Of a stretch of 64,000 nucleotides of DNA, positions 9,995-19,558 are shown piece after piece (positions within the stretch are counted from its first letter, which is position 1; each line of letters begins with the position of its first letter). The translations under genes and the position numbers were made by a program. Source of the DNA: Candidatus Krumholzibacteriota bacterium (GTDB lineage Bacteria; Krumholzibacteriota; Krumholzibacteriia; JAJRXK01); NCBI GenBank assembly GCA_963764625.1, contig CAVXTH010000009.1, forward strand, positions 384,001 to 448,000. The letters are read 5' to 3'. The notes under the pieces were generated by a model. That model searched no databases and had not been told where the DNA came from. It saw only the letters and a list, made by a program, of their open reading frames with translations.

Positions 9995-10999
9995 TCAGAG
10001 GGGCAGAAGCTCGGCCGCGCGCTGAAAGAGGGTGGGGAGGCCTCCGGTATGCCAGAACACCAGCGTCTGGTCGCGGTGAAACACGCCCTTTCGGATCAGA
10101 GCGATCAATCCTTTCATGGCGCGTCCGGTATACACCGGATCGAGCGCCACCCCTTCCATGCTGGCCATAAGGCGCAGGGCCTCGCGCTCTCCTTCTCCGA
10201 TGACGCCGTAGCCAGCGCCGTGAAACTCGCCCGAATAGTGGATGTCCCTCGAGCTGAGACTCGAATCACTTCCCAACAGCTCGGCCGCGCCGTGTGCGAT
10301 GGAAACTATCTGTTGCTTGAACTCCTCGGGGCTTCCCTCCTCCGGATCGATTCCGATGCCGAAGGGTGTCACCCCGGGCGCGTACCAGTGCAGACCCTGC
10401 GCCAGTCCGGCATGCGTTCCACCCGAACTGGAGGCGAAGACCACGTGGCTGGGGTGTTCGTCCTTCTCCTCCAACTGCCGCGCCAGCTCGCGGGCCGCGT
10501 TCACGAATCCCAGGGCACCGAGGGGATTCGATCCGCCGTAGGGAACCAGGTAGGGATGCGCACCTTCGGCTTTCAGGCGGGCTGCGATCGCGGGAATGTC
10601 CTCGCCTTTGCGATGCTCTCCGCAGAAATGCGGCGTCGCACCACAGAGTAGATCGAGAAGGAGATTTCCCTCGGGGACGGCCGGCGCCTTACCGGCCAAC
10701 ACCAGGTGACAGGCCAGACCACAGACCGCCGCGGCCGCCGCGGTTTGACGGCTGTGGTTGGATTGCTGGGCTCCTCCGGTGATGACGGTGTCACAGCCGC
10801 GCGCCAAGGCCTCGGCCAGCAGGAACTCGAGCTTGCGAACTTTGTTTCCCCCGAAGGCGAGACCGATCAGATCGTCGCGCTTGATCAAGAGGCGCGGCCC
10901 CCCGAGCATCTGGCTCAGACGTGGCGCTTCGACCAAGGGAGTGGGGAGCTGGGCGAAGCACTGGCGGGGAATCGCATCCCAGCCGGCCTTGGAACTCAT
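9995..10999 (-). CDS. D-cysteine desulfhydrase / ACC deaminase family PLP enzyme
   Basis: LIKRDD...GGNKVRKLEF (PLP Lys), QSNH, PYGGSNPLG, SSGGTHAG, LDPVYTG, FWHTGG; ATG at 10999 after AGGAG. Confidence 0.9.
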   Translation of the reverse strand: MSSKAGWDAIPRQCFAQLPTPLVEAPRLSQMLGGPRLLIKRDDLIGLAFGGNKVRKLEFLLAEALARGCDTVITGGAQQSNHSRQTAAAAAVCGLACHLVLAGKAPAVPEGNLLLDLLCGATPHFCGEHRKGEDIPAIAARLKAEGAHPYLVPYGGSNPLGALGFVNAARELARQLEEKDEHPSHVVFASSSGGTHAGLAQGLHWYAPGVTPFGIGIDPEEGSPEEFKQQIVSIAHGAAELLGSDSSLSSRDIHYSGEFHGAGYGVIGEGEREALRLMASMEGVALDPVYTGRAMKGLIALIRKGVFHRDQTLVFWHTGGLPTLFQRAAELLPL

Positions 11000-11168
11000 G
11001 GACTTCTCCTGGGTACACGCAGAGGGAAGCAGACGAAAGTGCTGACAGGGAGGCACGTTCCGTGCAAGATTCGGAACGAACGTCCACTCACCATGGACGG
11101 ACACTTCCCCGTCGGACCTCGAAATCCCTGTGGGGGTCCCAGTCGTCCTCTCCGCACCGGAGTCCACG

Positions 11169-12698
11169 ATGTTCCTACGGCCCTCTCATCCCACTTCTTG
11201 TAGTCCATGGCTTGCATTCTGCGCTCTCGTTCTCGGGTGTGCGGTTTCCGTCCCTTCGGTGGCCGTCGCGGACCCGGTCGGCGACGACGAGGTCAAATAC
11301 CCTCACGGGGAATTCCGGGAAGCCTGCGAGCTCTGCCATAGCGCCAACGACTGGCAGCAGGCGCGGATCTCCAAGGACTTCGATCACGGCGCGTACGGAT
11401 TTCCCCTGGAGGGAGCGCACGCGAAGACCGACTGCATACTCTGCCACAAGACCCTCGAGTTCAAGGCGATGAACACAGACTGTTCGTCCTGTCACCAGGA
11501 TGCCCATCAGGGTGAATTTGGGAGCGACTGTTCCGAGTGTCACGGAACCCGGACCTTTCTCGATCGAAGCGAACAGATTTCGAATCACCGGCAGACCCAG
11601 TTCCCACTGAGTGGAGTTCACTCGACTCTGGATTGCCAGCAGTGCCACCGGGCCCAGAGCGGTGGATTGCAGTTGGTGAACACTCCCACCGACTGCTATG
11701 CGTGCCACGAGAGCGAGTTCGTTTCGACCCAGTCCCCCAGTCACACCCAAGGGGGATTCTCCACCGAATGTACCGATTGTCACGGCACCGTGAGTTGGAG
11801 CGGCGGCAACCTGAATGGCAGTCACGATTTCTTTCCTCTGCGGGGAGGCCACGCCGGGCTCGAGTGCGCGCAGTGTCACACCACGGGACAGTTCGCCGCG
11901 ATCGACCGGAACTGCGTGGCTTGCCACCAGGCCGATTACGACGGAACGACCGACCCGGTCCACACCTCGGCCGGATTCTCGACCGAGTGTGAAACGTGTC
12001 ACAGCATCAACGGCTGGGACGGAGCTTCGTTCGATCACTCACAGACTTCGTTTCCGCTCACCGGCGCGCACCGGGCGGTGGCGTGCCTCGATTGTCATAC
12101 CGGGAGCCAGTTCTCGGGAACACGCTCGGAGTGTGATGCCTGTCACCAAGCCGATTTCGAGGCCGCGGTCGACCCCAATCACGTCGCGGGGGGCTTCCCG
12201 GTGGAGTGTGAGACCTGTCACGACACCAATGCTTGGGAGGGCGCGAGCTTCGACCACTCGGCGACCTCCTTCCCTCTGACCGGAGCCCACGCCACGACCG
12301 ATTGCGCGCAGTGCCACGTGAACAACGTCTTCACGGGAACCAGCACTCGGTGCTACGACTGTCACCGCAGCGACTACGACGCGACGAACGATCCGGCTCA
12401 CGCGGGAGCGGGATTCGGAACCGATTGTGAGATCTGCCACACTACCTCAACCTGGTCGGGGGCCCAGTTCGATCACGACGGTGAGTTCTTCCCGATCTAC
12501 TCCGGAACCCATCGCGGCCGGTGGGACACCTGCCAGGAATGTCACACCAATGCTTCGAATTACGCCGTTTTCGATTGCCTGAGCTGCCATCCGCACGACG
12601 ACAAGGCAAACACCGACTCGCAGCACCGAGGGCGCAATGGCTACGTCTACGAGAGCAATGCCTGCTACGACTGCCATCCCCGAGGACGCAGTGAATGA
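11169..12698 (+). CDS. Exported multiheme cytochrome c with 19 CxxCH motifs in c7-like triheme repeats
   Basis: 19 CxxCH counted in the translation; repeating FDH..FPLxGxH..CxxCH..CxxCH..PxH..CxxCH..W units; signal peptide ending AVA-D. Confidence 0.93.
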   Translation: MFLRPSHPTSCSPWLAFCALVLGCAVSVPSVAVADPVGDDEVKYPHGEFREACELCHSANDWQQARISKDFDHGAYGFPLEGAHAKTDCILCHKTLEFKAMNTDCSSCHQDAHQGEFGSDCSECHGTRTFLDRSEQISNHRQTQFPLSGVHSTLDCQQCHRAQSGGLQLVNTPTDCYACHESEFVSTQSPSHTQGGFSTECTDCHGTVSWSGGNLNGSHDFFPLRGGHAGLECAQCHTTGQFAAIDRNCVACHQADYDGTTDPVHTSAGFSTECETCHSINGWDGASFDHSQTSFPLTGAHRAVACLDCHTGSQFSGTRSECDACHQADFEAAVDPNHVAGGFPVECETCHDTNAWEGASFDHSATSFPLTGAHATTDCAQCHVNNVFTGTSTRCYDCHRSDYDATNDPAHAGAGFGTDCEICHTTSTWSGAQFDHDGEFFPIYSGTHRGRWDTCQECHTNASNYAVFDCLSCHPHDDKANTDSQHRGRNGYVYESNACYDCHPRGRSE

Positions 12699-14324
12699 TC
12701 CGAGTTCTTCTCATCACCCTGTGTTTGCTCTCCGCCGGCACCGCAAGCGCGGAAACGGTATCGTCCGCGAAGGATGATGCCAGTGCCCAGAGCCTTTCCT
12801 CTCGCGCGACCGCGGCCATCACCTATCTGACCACCTCTACGGTCTACGTGAGTGCCGGCCGCAAAAACAAGCTGAGCGAGGGATCGCGCCTCTCGGTGAT
12901 CCGTGCGGACAGTGTCGTGGGGACGATCGAGGTGATCAACCTCTCGTCGGATCGCGCCTCCTGCAAGATCCTGGAATCCAGCGGGCCCTTCTTGGTGGGC
13001 GACCAGGTGGGCTGGAACGCGGAAGACGAAGGTGGGGTGCCAACGCCGCTTCAGCTCGCGCCACCGGGAAGCACGAGGCTCGAGTCGGGTCGAAGCTCGA
13101 CTGGAAGCACGCAAAGCTGGCTGCGCGAGAACGGGATTCGTGGCCGGATCAGCGGACGCTATCTCACGGTACGGGACCGATCGGGTACGGGTCAGAATCT
13201 CTCGCAGCCCGCTCTCGACGCACGGCTCGAGGGTCGACAGATCGGGGGATCGGACTGGGACCTGTCCTTGGACGTGCGAGCCAGACGCACCTTTCGTGAG
13301 GAGGCCAACGGCACGAACTCGCAGGAAGGTCGCTCGCGGGTGTATCGGGCGAATCTCTCCTGGAAACCACTGGACTCACGGGTTTCGTTGATGATGGGTC
13401 GCCAGTATTCACCCGAACTCTCGTCCCTCGGCATTTTCGACGGGGCATCCTTCGTGCTGCATTTCTCGCAGTGGAGCATGGGGCTCTTGTCCGGAAGCCA
13501 GCCCGATCCCGTCAGCTTCGGCTACTCAGGAGAGATCCGCGAACACGGTCTCTTCGTGCAGAGATACTCGGCCCAGGGCAGCAAACGCAGATTGAGCGTC
13601 ACCATGGGCGCGATCGGTTCCTACGTGCACGGGGAGATCAACCGCGAGTACTTGGCGTTCCAGACCCACTACACTTCCGGCGCCGTATCTGCCTATCTGA
13701 GCCAAGACGTCGACTACAATCGTGGCTGGAAACGTGAGATGGAGGGGCAAACGTTTCTCCCTGAACAACACCTATGCAAGTCTGCGGGTCCGTGCCGCCG
13801 AGCAAACGACGCTTGCGGCCGGGTTCGACAACCGGCGCAACGTTCGACTCTACCGCGACTACATTTCGCCGGAAGTCGAGTTCGACGATACCTACCGGCA
13901 GGGAGCATGGACGGGAGTCACGCAACGATTTGCCAAGAGGTATCGACTCGGAGCGAGAGTCAAGCGGTCGACCGGAGGCACTTCGGGAAACACCATTACC
14001 TACACTCTGAATGGATCGGTTCAGTGGCGCGTGAACTTGCAGGGGCGGACTTCGCGCTTCGACAACGATCTGCTCATCGGTTGGATCCACTCGGGATCGG
14101 CCAGCGTGCAAGTGAGTCCGAAGATGAGGCTGGAGATCGGAGGGGGGTTGCGCACGCAGACGGGCAAGAGCGTCCCTACCGGAGGCGATCGCCTCAGTTG
14201 GACGAACGCTTTGGCCGACTACTCGCTGGGACGGCAGTGGTACGCATCGCTCTCGTTCGAGCGCTCACACGAAGGTGATCAGGCCAACGACCAGATCTTC
14301 TCGATGTTGAGCTATCGCTTCTGA
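12695..14324 (+). CDS. Outer-membrane beta-barrel (porin-like) partner of the cytochrome, with an apparent +1 frameshift at ~13755
   Basis: ATGA overlap with the cytochrome stop; signal peptide; amphipathic beta strands. Removing one T at 13754-13756 joins ORFs 12695 and 13722 (EGQTFSLNNTYASL) into 542 aa ending SMLSYRF (terminal Phe). Confidence 0.78.
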
Positions 14325-14393
14325 GACGTATCTTCCCATCGATAGCCCACCCCATGAGGCCCGGCGGCTCTCCGCTTGCGCGCCGTCCCCAGA

Positions 14394-15632
14394 TCACTCG
14401 TCCGCCATCAGGAAGCGAAGCAGCTTGGGGAGTCGCTGTGCCCAGTCGCGCTCTCGATGACGGTGCCCTTCCGCTTCGATACTGAGCAAGTCCTTTTCCG
14501 GGATCATCCCGTCTTCGCGCAGAATCCGATCCATGGTGCGCAGGGTGGCGATGGAGTCCTCCACCTCGTCATGGTTCTTGTCCTGCGAGCCTGAAATTTC
14601 GCGGGTTCCCATGTCCTGGTAGAAGCGTCGTGTCCGCGGGCGACCGGCTTCACGGGCAAATTGGAGGATGCGCCCTTGCGCCCACCAGTACGAAGGGGAC
14701 ACCGCCGCCACTCCGCCGCCAAAGACATCGCCGTGAGTGAAGGCCGCGTAGGCCGAGATCAACCCCCCCAGGGAAGATCCCGCCATGTAGGTGTGCGCGG
14801 CCCCGGGGAGAGTGCGAAAGTGGCGGTCGATGGAGGGCTTGAGCGTGTCGGCGACAGCGCGCAGGTAGCGCTCGCCTCCTCCGCCGGAATTCCATTCGAG
14901 GTCACGCCACGGGGTGTATTCCTCGATGCGCGCGGGGCCCCCGTTCTCGATGCCCACCACGATGAGTGGCGGGATCTCGCCGGCTCCGATCATGCGCTCG
15001 AGCGTTTCGTCCACCTGCCATTCTCCCGCGTACGAGCGCTCCTTGTCGAAGAGGTTCTGTCCATCGTGCATGTAGAGGACAGGGTAGCGCCGATCACCGT
15101 CTTCATAGCCGGGCGGCAAATAGACCCAGCAGCGACGGCCGTGCAGAAATGAAGTCTCCACGAAGGCCTCGACGTTCCCTGTGATCGTCGAGAGATCGGT
15201 ATCCGCCCACCGGGCCACGCTCAGCTCGTAGCTCGTGCCCTCCTGCGGTCGCAGTCGCCGCGCGTCGAGGGGAGAGCCATCGGCTCGCACTTCCACCGCA
15301 TCCCAAGTGCCACGACAGAAGAGGAAATGCAGGAGCAATCCGGCGGGGGAGGCGAGCGTCACTTGCCATCTTCCGTCTGGGCGTGGCTGAAGGCGGAACT
15401 TCGGGTTGTCCGGGCGCCACCCGTCGTGATCGGTGGAGAGGAAGACCGTCTCGCCGTTGGGAATGGTGTCCGGGAGTGCCACGACGAGGGTGAAGTGGAC
15501 CAACGCCTCGCCTTCTCGTGGCGCGGCGCGGACGGTCCCCGCGACGCACGCAAGAGCGAGCAGAGCCCAGAGGACCGCGGATGGGATGCGCCCGGCAAGG
15601 GAGAAGGAGTGCGGGGGCCAAAGAAGGCGCAA
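14394..15632 (-). CDS. Secreted alpha/beta-hydrolase esterase with N-terminal CBM20-like domain
   Basis: VYLPPGY...RYPVLYMHDGQNLFD, GSSLGG nucleophile elbow, H.E..W..R at the C-terminus; signal peptide; start codon uncertain. Confidence 0.82.
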   Translation of the reverse strand: MRLLWPPHSFSLAGRIPSAVLWALLALACVAGTVRAAPREGEALVHFTLVVALPDTIPNGETVFLSTDHDGWRPDNPKFRLQPRPDGRWQVTLASPAGLLLHFLFCRGTWDAVEVRADGSPLDARRLRPQEGTSYELSVARWADTDLSTITGNVEAFVETSFLHGRRCWVYLPPGYEDGDRRYPVLYMHDGQNLFDKERSYAGEWQVDETLERMIGAGEIPPLIVVGIENGGPARIEEYTPWRDLEWNSGGGGERYLRAVADTLKPSIDRHFRTLPGAAHTYMAGSSLGGLISAYAAFTHGDVFGGGVAAVSPSYWWAQGRILQFAREAGRPRTRRFYQDMGTREISGSQDKNHDEVEDSIATLRTMDRILREDGMIPEKDLLSIEAEGHRHRERDWAQRLPKLLRFLMADE

Positions 15633-15752
15633 GGGGTGCTCCAGGATTGACTGACGGGTTTCGTTTCCAGATGCGCTACGGCTTCAACATGATCATACTA
15701 TCTCCGTGGCGCGAGGATTGTTACCGCCGATGAGAACGGGGCAGCGGCTCTC

Positions 15753-16448
15753 ATGATCTCAATTCGCGATTTGGAGTTTCACTATCCGCGGGGCGATTTC
15801 CGCCTGAGGATCCCTGAGTTCCAAGTGGAGAGCGGCGAATCAGTGGCCGTCATCGGTCCCAGCGGCACCGGCAAGACCACTCTCTTGAACCTCATCGGTG
15901 GAATCGTGATCGCATCCTTGGGGAGAGTCGTGAACCGCGGCACCGATTTGAGCGTCCTGAACGATGCGCAGAGAAGAACGTTTCGTATTCAGAACATCGG
16001 TCTCGTCTTTCAAGAGTTCGAACTCCTAGAGTACCTGACCGTTCTGGACAACATCCTGCTTCCGTATCGGATCCATCCGGCGCTGCAACTGAGTTCATTG
16101 GTAGAGCGGCGGGCCAGGGAACTCGCCGAGGAAGTGGGAATTTCCCACGATCTGCGCCGCTACGTGGACCAGCTTTCCCAGGGCGAAAGGCAGCGCGTGG
16201 CCATCTGCCGGGCTCTCTTGCCCGGTCCCAGCTTGATTCTCGCCGACGAGCCCACGGGCAACCTGGATCCGCGCAACAAGGGCCGTGTCCTGGACATTCT
16301 CTTCGCGTACGTGAAACGCGAGGAAGCCACTCTGATCACGGTGACGCACGATCACGATTTGCTCGGACGCTTCGAGAGAGTCGTCGATTTCAGCCGCTTT
16401 CACGCGGAGATGGACCCCCCTCTCAGTTCGGGGGATCCGGCAGCATGA
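15753..16448 (+). CDS. ABC transporter ATP-binding protein (LolD/MacB type)
   Basis: [44 protein letters not shown]. Confidence 0.92.
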   Translation: MISIRDLEFHYPRGDFRLRIPEFQVESGESVAVIGPSGTGKTTLLNLIGGIVIASLGRVVNRGTDLSVLNDAQRRTFRIQNIGLVFQEFELLEYLTVLDNILLPYRIHPALQLSSLVERRARELAEEVGISHDLRRYVDQLSQGERQRVAICRALLPGPSLILADEPTGNLDPRNKGRVLDILFAYVKREEATLITVTHDHDLLGRFERVVDFSRFHAEMDPPLSSGDPAA

Positions 16449-17626
16449 AAGAGGTGCTCTATCTCGCCTGGCGTTACTTGAGCTACCACCGCGTCAAGAC
16501 CGTTATCCTCACGACATCGATCACGCTCATCCTCTTTCTCCCGGTGGGGCTGCGCGTCTTGGCGAACCAGGGCCGGTCCGAGCTCATTGCGCGCGCGCGC
16601 GTCACCCCGCTCTTGTTAGGGGGAAAGGGCAGCCCTTTGGAGCTGACCCTGAACTCCCTCTACTTCGAATCGGACGTGCCGGACGCAATGCGCTACGGCG
16701 AAATCGCGCGGGTGGATTCCTCGGGCCTGGCCCGGCCGATTCCGCTCTACACGCGGTTTCGCTGTCGGGGCTTTCCCATCGTGGGAACGACTCTCGATTA
16801 TTTCGAGTGCCGTGGTTTGCGTCTCTCGAAGGGGCGCACTCTGGCGCTTCTGGGAGAGTGCGTGCTGGGCGCGGAAGCGGCCAGGAAACTCGGCGTCTCC
16901 ATCGGTGACCCTGTGGTTTCCTCGACGGAAAACGTGTTCGATCTCGCCGGAGTCTATCCCTTGAAAATGAGCGTCGTGGGCATTTTGCGGCGCAGCTACA
17001 CCCCCGACGACCGGGCCATCTTCACCGATCTCAAGACTACATGGGTCATCGCGGGTATTGGTCACGGCCACCAGGACCTCAGCCAGCCCGGCGCCGGATC
17101 CCAGATCTTGAAGAAGGAGGGAAACACGGTCATCGCGAACTCCTCCGTGAAGCAGTACAACGAGGTCACCCGCGAAAACCTGGCGTCCTTCCATTTCCAC
17201 GGTAAGCCGGAGGACTTTCCTGTCACGGCTGCGATCATCTTTCCCAAGGACGAGAAGGCTTCCACCTTGCTTCGCGGGCGCTACCTCTCTCCGCAGGAGA
17301 GAGTGCAACTCGTCAGCCCGGTCGAAGTCATGAACGGTTTGCTCGCCACCATCTTCACGCTGCAGAGTTACCTGATCGCGGCGGTTCTCGTCATTGGGCT
17401 CGCCACTCTGGCGACGGCAATCCTCGTGTTCATGCTCTCGTTGCGACTCCGCCGGCGCGAGATCGCCACCATGATGAAGATCGGCGGTTCGAGGGGCCGC
17501 GTGTTCGCTGTGCTCGTATCGGAGATCGCGATGGTCTTGGCGGTGAGCGTGCTCTTGGCCACCGGACTGACCCTCGTGACGGCGCACTTTGGCTCGGCGA
17601 TCATTCGGAGCCTGATTCTGTCCTGA
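16445..17626 (+). CDS. FtsX/MacB-family ABC permease
   Basis: ATGA overlap; one N-terminal TM, large periplasmic domain with GHGH, three C-terminal TMs with RRREIATMMKIG. Confidence 0.85.
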   Translation: MKEVLYLAWRYLSYHRVKTVILTTSITLILFLPVGLRVLANQGRSELIARARVTPLLLGGKGSPLELTLNSLYFESDVPDAMRYGEIARVDSSGLARPIPLYTRFRCRGFPIVGTTLDYFECRGLRLSKGRTLALLGECVLGAEAARKLGVSIGDPVVSSTENVFDLAGVYPLKMSVVGILRRSYTPDDRAIFTDLKTTWVIAGIGHGHQDLSQPGAGSQILKKEGNTVIANSSVKQYNEVTRENLASFHFHGKPEDFPVTAAIIFPKDEKASTLLRGRYLSPQERVQLVSPVEVMNGLLATIFTLQSYLIAAVLVIGLATLATAILVFMLSLRLRRREIATMMKIGGSRGRVFAVLVSEIAMVLAVSVLLATGLTLVTAHFGSAIIRSLILS

Positions 17627-17643
17627 AGCCGGAGGAATTCGCC

Positions 17644-18612
17644 ATGTCCAGGTCTAGGATGTTCAGCGCTTTAGGCGGACGCCGCGTTCTGTCGGGAGTG
17701 GCTCTGCTGTTGGCGGCGCTTCTCAGCCAGGCGTGCGGGCAGGAAGGCGCCGCCCAACACGAAGAGACGCGGGCAAGGCGAGCCATCCGCCGACCGACGG
17801 TGTACACCGTCAACTACCCCCTGGACTACTTCGCGCGGCGTATCGGCGGAGAGAGCGTCGAGGTGGTGTTTCCCGCTCCCGCAGAGCTCGACCCGGCCTT
17901 TTGGCTGCCCTCACCCGAGGAGATCCTGAGCTTCCAGAAAGCCGATCTCATCCTCTTGAACGGGGCGGACTACGCCAAGTGGGTGAAGCTGGCGACCCTG
18001 CCTCCGGAGAAACTGGTCGACACCTCGGCCGCTTTTCAGGACAGCTTCATCGTGATTCAAAACGCGATGACTCACAGCCATGGGCCTTCGGGGAAGCACT
18101 CTCACGCGGGTACGGTCTTCACCACCTGGATCGACTTCACGCAGGCGGGCGCGCAGGCCCAAGCCGTCTACGAGGCCTTTCTCGCAGGTGGACTGGCGGA
18201 CAGTTTGACCCTCCGGCGCAACTTCGAGGCGCTGCGCGAAGACCTTCGGGCCCTGGACGATTCGCTTCTGGCCCTCACGCGCGGACAGAGGAAGCTGCCG
18301 CTCCTCGCGTCGCACCCCATCTACCAGTACTTCGCGCGTCGCTACGCCCCGAATTTGGTCAGCGTGACCTGGGAACCCGGCGAGGCGCCCAGCGAGGCGC
18401 AGTGGGAGGACCTGAGCAGTCTGCAAAAGGAACACGGGGCGGCATGGATGATCTGGGAAGGGGAGCCTCTGCCCGCAAGCAGGAAGAGGCTCTCGCAGAT
18501 GGGCATCCACAGCGTGGTCTTTGACCCCTGCGCGAACCGTCCCCCAACGGGAGACTTTCTGGACATCATGCGGCAGAACCTACAGGATCTGCGGGCGATC
18601 TACCGGAACTGA
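17644..18612 (+). CDS. Metal ABC substrate-binding lipoprotein (ZnuA/TroA-like)
   Basis: Lipobox SQA-C; YPLDYFARRIGG, ADLILLNGA, His-rich loop THSHGPSGKHSH, SHPIYQYFARRY. Confidence 0.82.
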   Translation: MSRSRMFSALGGRRVLSGVALLLAALLSQACGQEGAAQHEETRARRAIRRPTVYTVNYPLDYFARRIGGESVEVVFPAPAELDPAFWLPSPEEILSFQKADLILLNGADYAKWVKLATLPPEKLVDTSAAFQDSFIVIQNAMTHSHGPSGKHSHAGTVFTTWIDFTQAGAQAQAVYEAFLAGGLADSLTLRRNFEALREDLRALDDSLLALTRGQRKLPLLASHPIYQYFARRYAPNLVSVTWEPGEAPSEAQWEDLSSLQKEHGAAWMIWEGEPLPASRKRLSQMGIHSVVFDPCANRPPTGDFLDIMRQNLQDLRAIYRN

Positions 18613-19283
18613 TCCGACTGCGGCTCGCTCGAATCCTCGTCCCGGGTGAAGAATTCCAAGGCCGTGGCGAGGGCGGATTCGGCGGCCAGGACGGGCGCAT
18701 AGAGAGCCCCGTCCAGCGAACGGCTCACCGTGGCCTCGCTCACCCTCCGACGGCGCGCGACTTCCGTGCGGCGCGCGTACTGGCGGGCCAGCACGATCGT
18801 CTCCCGCTGCTTCGGCTTCCATCGCCCCCGTACCGCTCCGAGGAGTTGCAAGAGGCCGTTCACCACGGTCTCCGGCTCGGGGGCCAGTCCGCGGCATAGG
18901 GCCCAGGCTTTCTCTTTCTTGGCCGCATCCAGAGCCTGGCGCGCGCGCTCGAAGCACAGGCCCTCCATCCCGTGGACGCGTGCGCGCGCTTGGCCGCGCA
19001 GCGGCCCCCATCCCAAGCCGAAGCGGAGGGGGTTTTCAGGGGCCTCCGCCTCGAGGCCGGTCACCAGTTCACAGAACCCCCAGGGCTGACGGAGCAGAGC
19101 CAGGAAACGGCCCTCGTCGATGAACTCCAGGGGGGTGCGCAGGTGCCTCCTCTGGATCCGCGTGAGTTCCGCCAGGGCGCGCTCCAGGGAAGGGCGGGCG
19201 GACGCCCGCTCGGGCGAGCCTGCTTTTGAGGCCGGCTCTCCCAGGAGGGCGAGGTAGCTGCGGTCCGTTGCGTCCAGTGTCAT
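18600..19283 (-). CDS. SatD family protein with C-terminal HTH
   Basis: LRFGLGWG...MEGLCFERARQAL resembles the SatD RfGiG.G...mdG.af..AR motif; C-terminus EVARRRRVSEATVSRSL is HTH-like. Confidence 0.7.
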   Translation of the reverse strand: MTLDATDRSYLALLGEPASKAGSPERASARPSLERALAELTRIQRRHLRTPLEFIDEGRFLALLRQPWGFCELVTGLEAEAPENPLRFGLGWGPLRGQARARVHGMEGLCFERARQALDAAKKEKAWALCRGLAPEPETVVNGLLQLLGAVRGRWKPKQRETIVLARQYARRTEVARRRRVSEATVSRSLDGALYAPVLAAESALATALEFFTRDEDSSEPQSDQFR

Positions 19284-19400
19284 AAACTTAGTATAAAAAG
19301 CTATCGCTCAAGGAGAGCAAGAGAGATTTTATGTTTTCTAAAAATAGTAAATATTTTATAGATAGTATAAAAAGACTAATTATAATATCTAAACTCTCTG
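19281..19400. promoter_or_regulatory. AT-rich divergent control region with 12-bp direct repeat
   Basis: 29 G+C in 120 nt; TAGTATAAAAAG at 19289-19300 and 19363-19374; TATACT on the minus strand 6 nt before the satD ATG; TATAAT at 19381. Confidence 0.6.
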
Positions 19401-19558
19401 ATGGTCCCGCCGAACGCACCCGCGGGGCTACGGCAGATCCTCGAGCTGAGTCTTGCGCGCGCCCAGCGCCCGGATATGGTGTGGGCTTCCCGCGGTCACT
19501 TCCGGGCGCGGCGATCGCTCGCTCGCGCCGCTTCGGGCAGTCCTGCCGGAGGTCATCG

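Noticed and set aside
11750-12480. Repeated DNA segments such as GGATTCTC.ACCGA.TGT and TTCGA.CAC
   Set aside because: Explained by the cytochrome's triheme protein repeats; not CRISPR or mobile repeats
13757-14278. C-terminal third of the 527-aa ORF starting at 12695
   Set aside because: Out-of-frame product after the apparent indel; the barrel continues in the 13722 frame
19281-19400. AT-rich island as a replication origin, CRISPR leader or Fur/Zur box
   Set aside because: No DnaA boxes, dnaA, repeat-spacer array or cas genes nearby, and no convincing Fur/Zur palindrome
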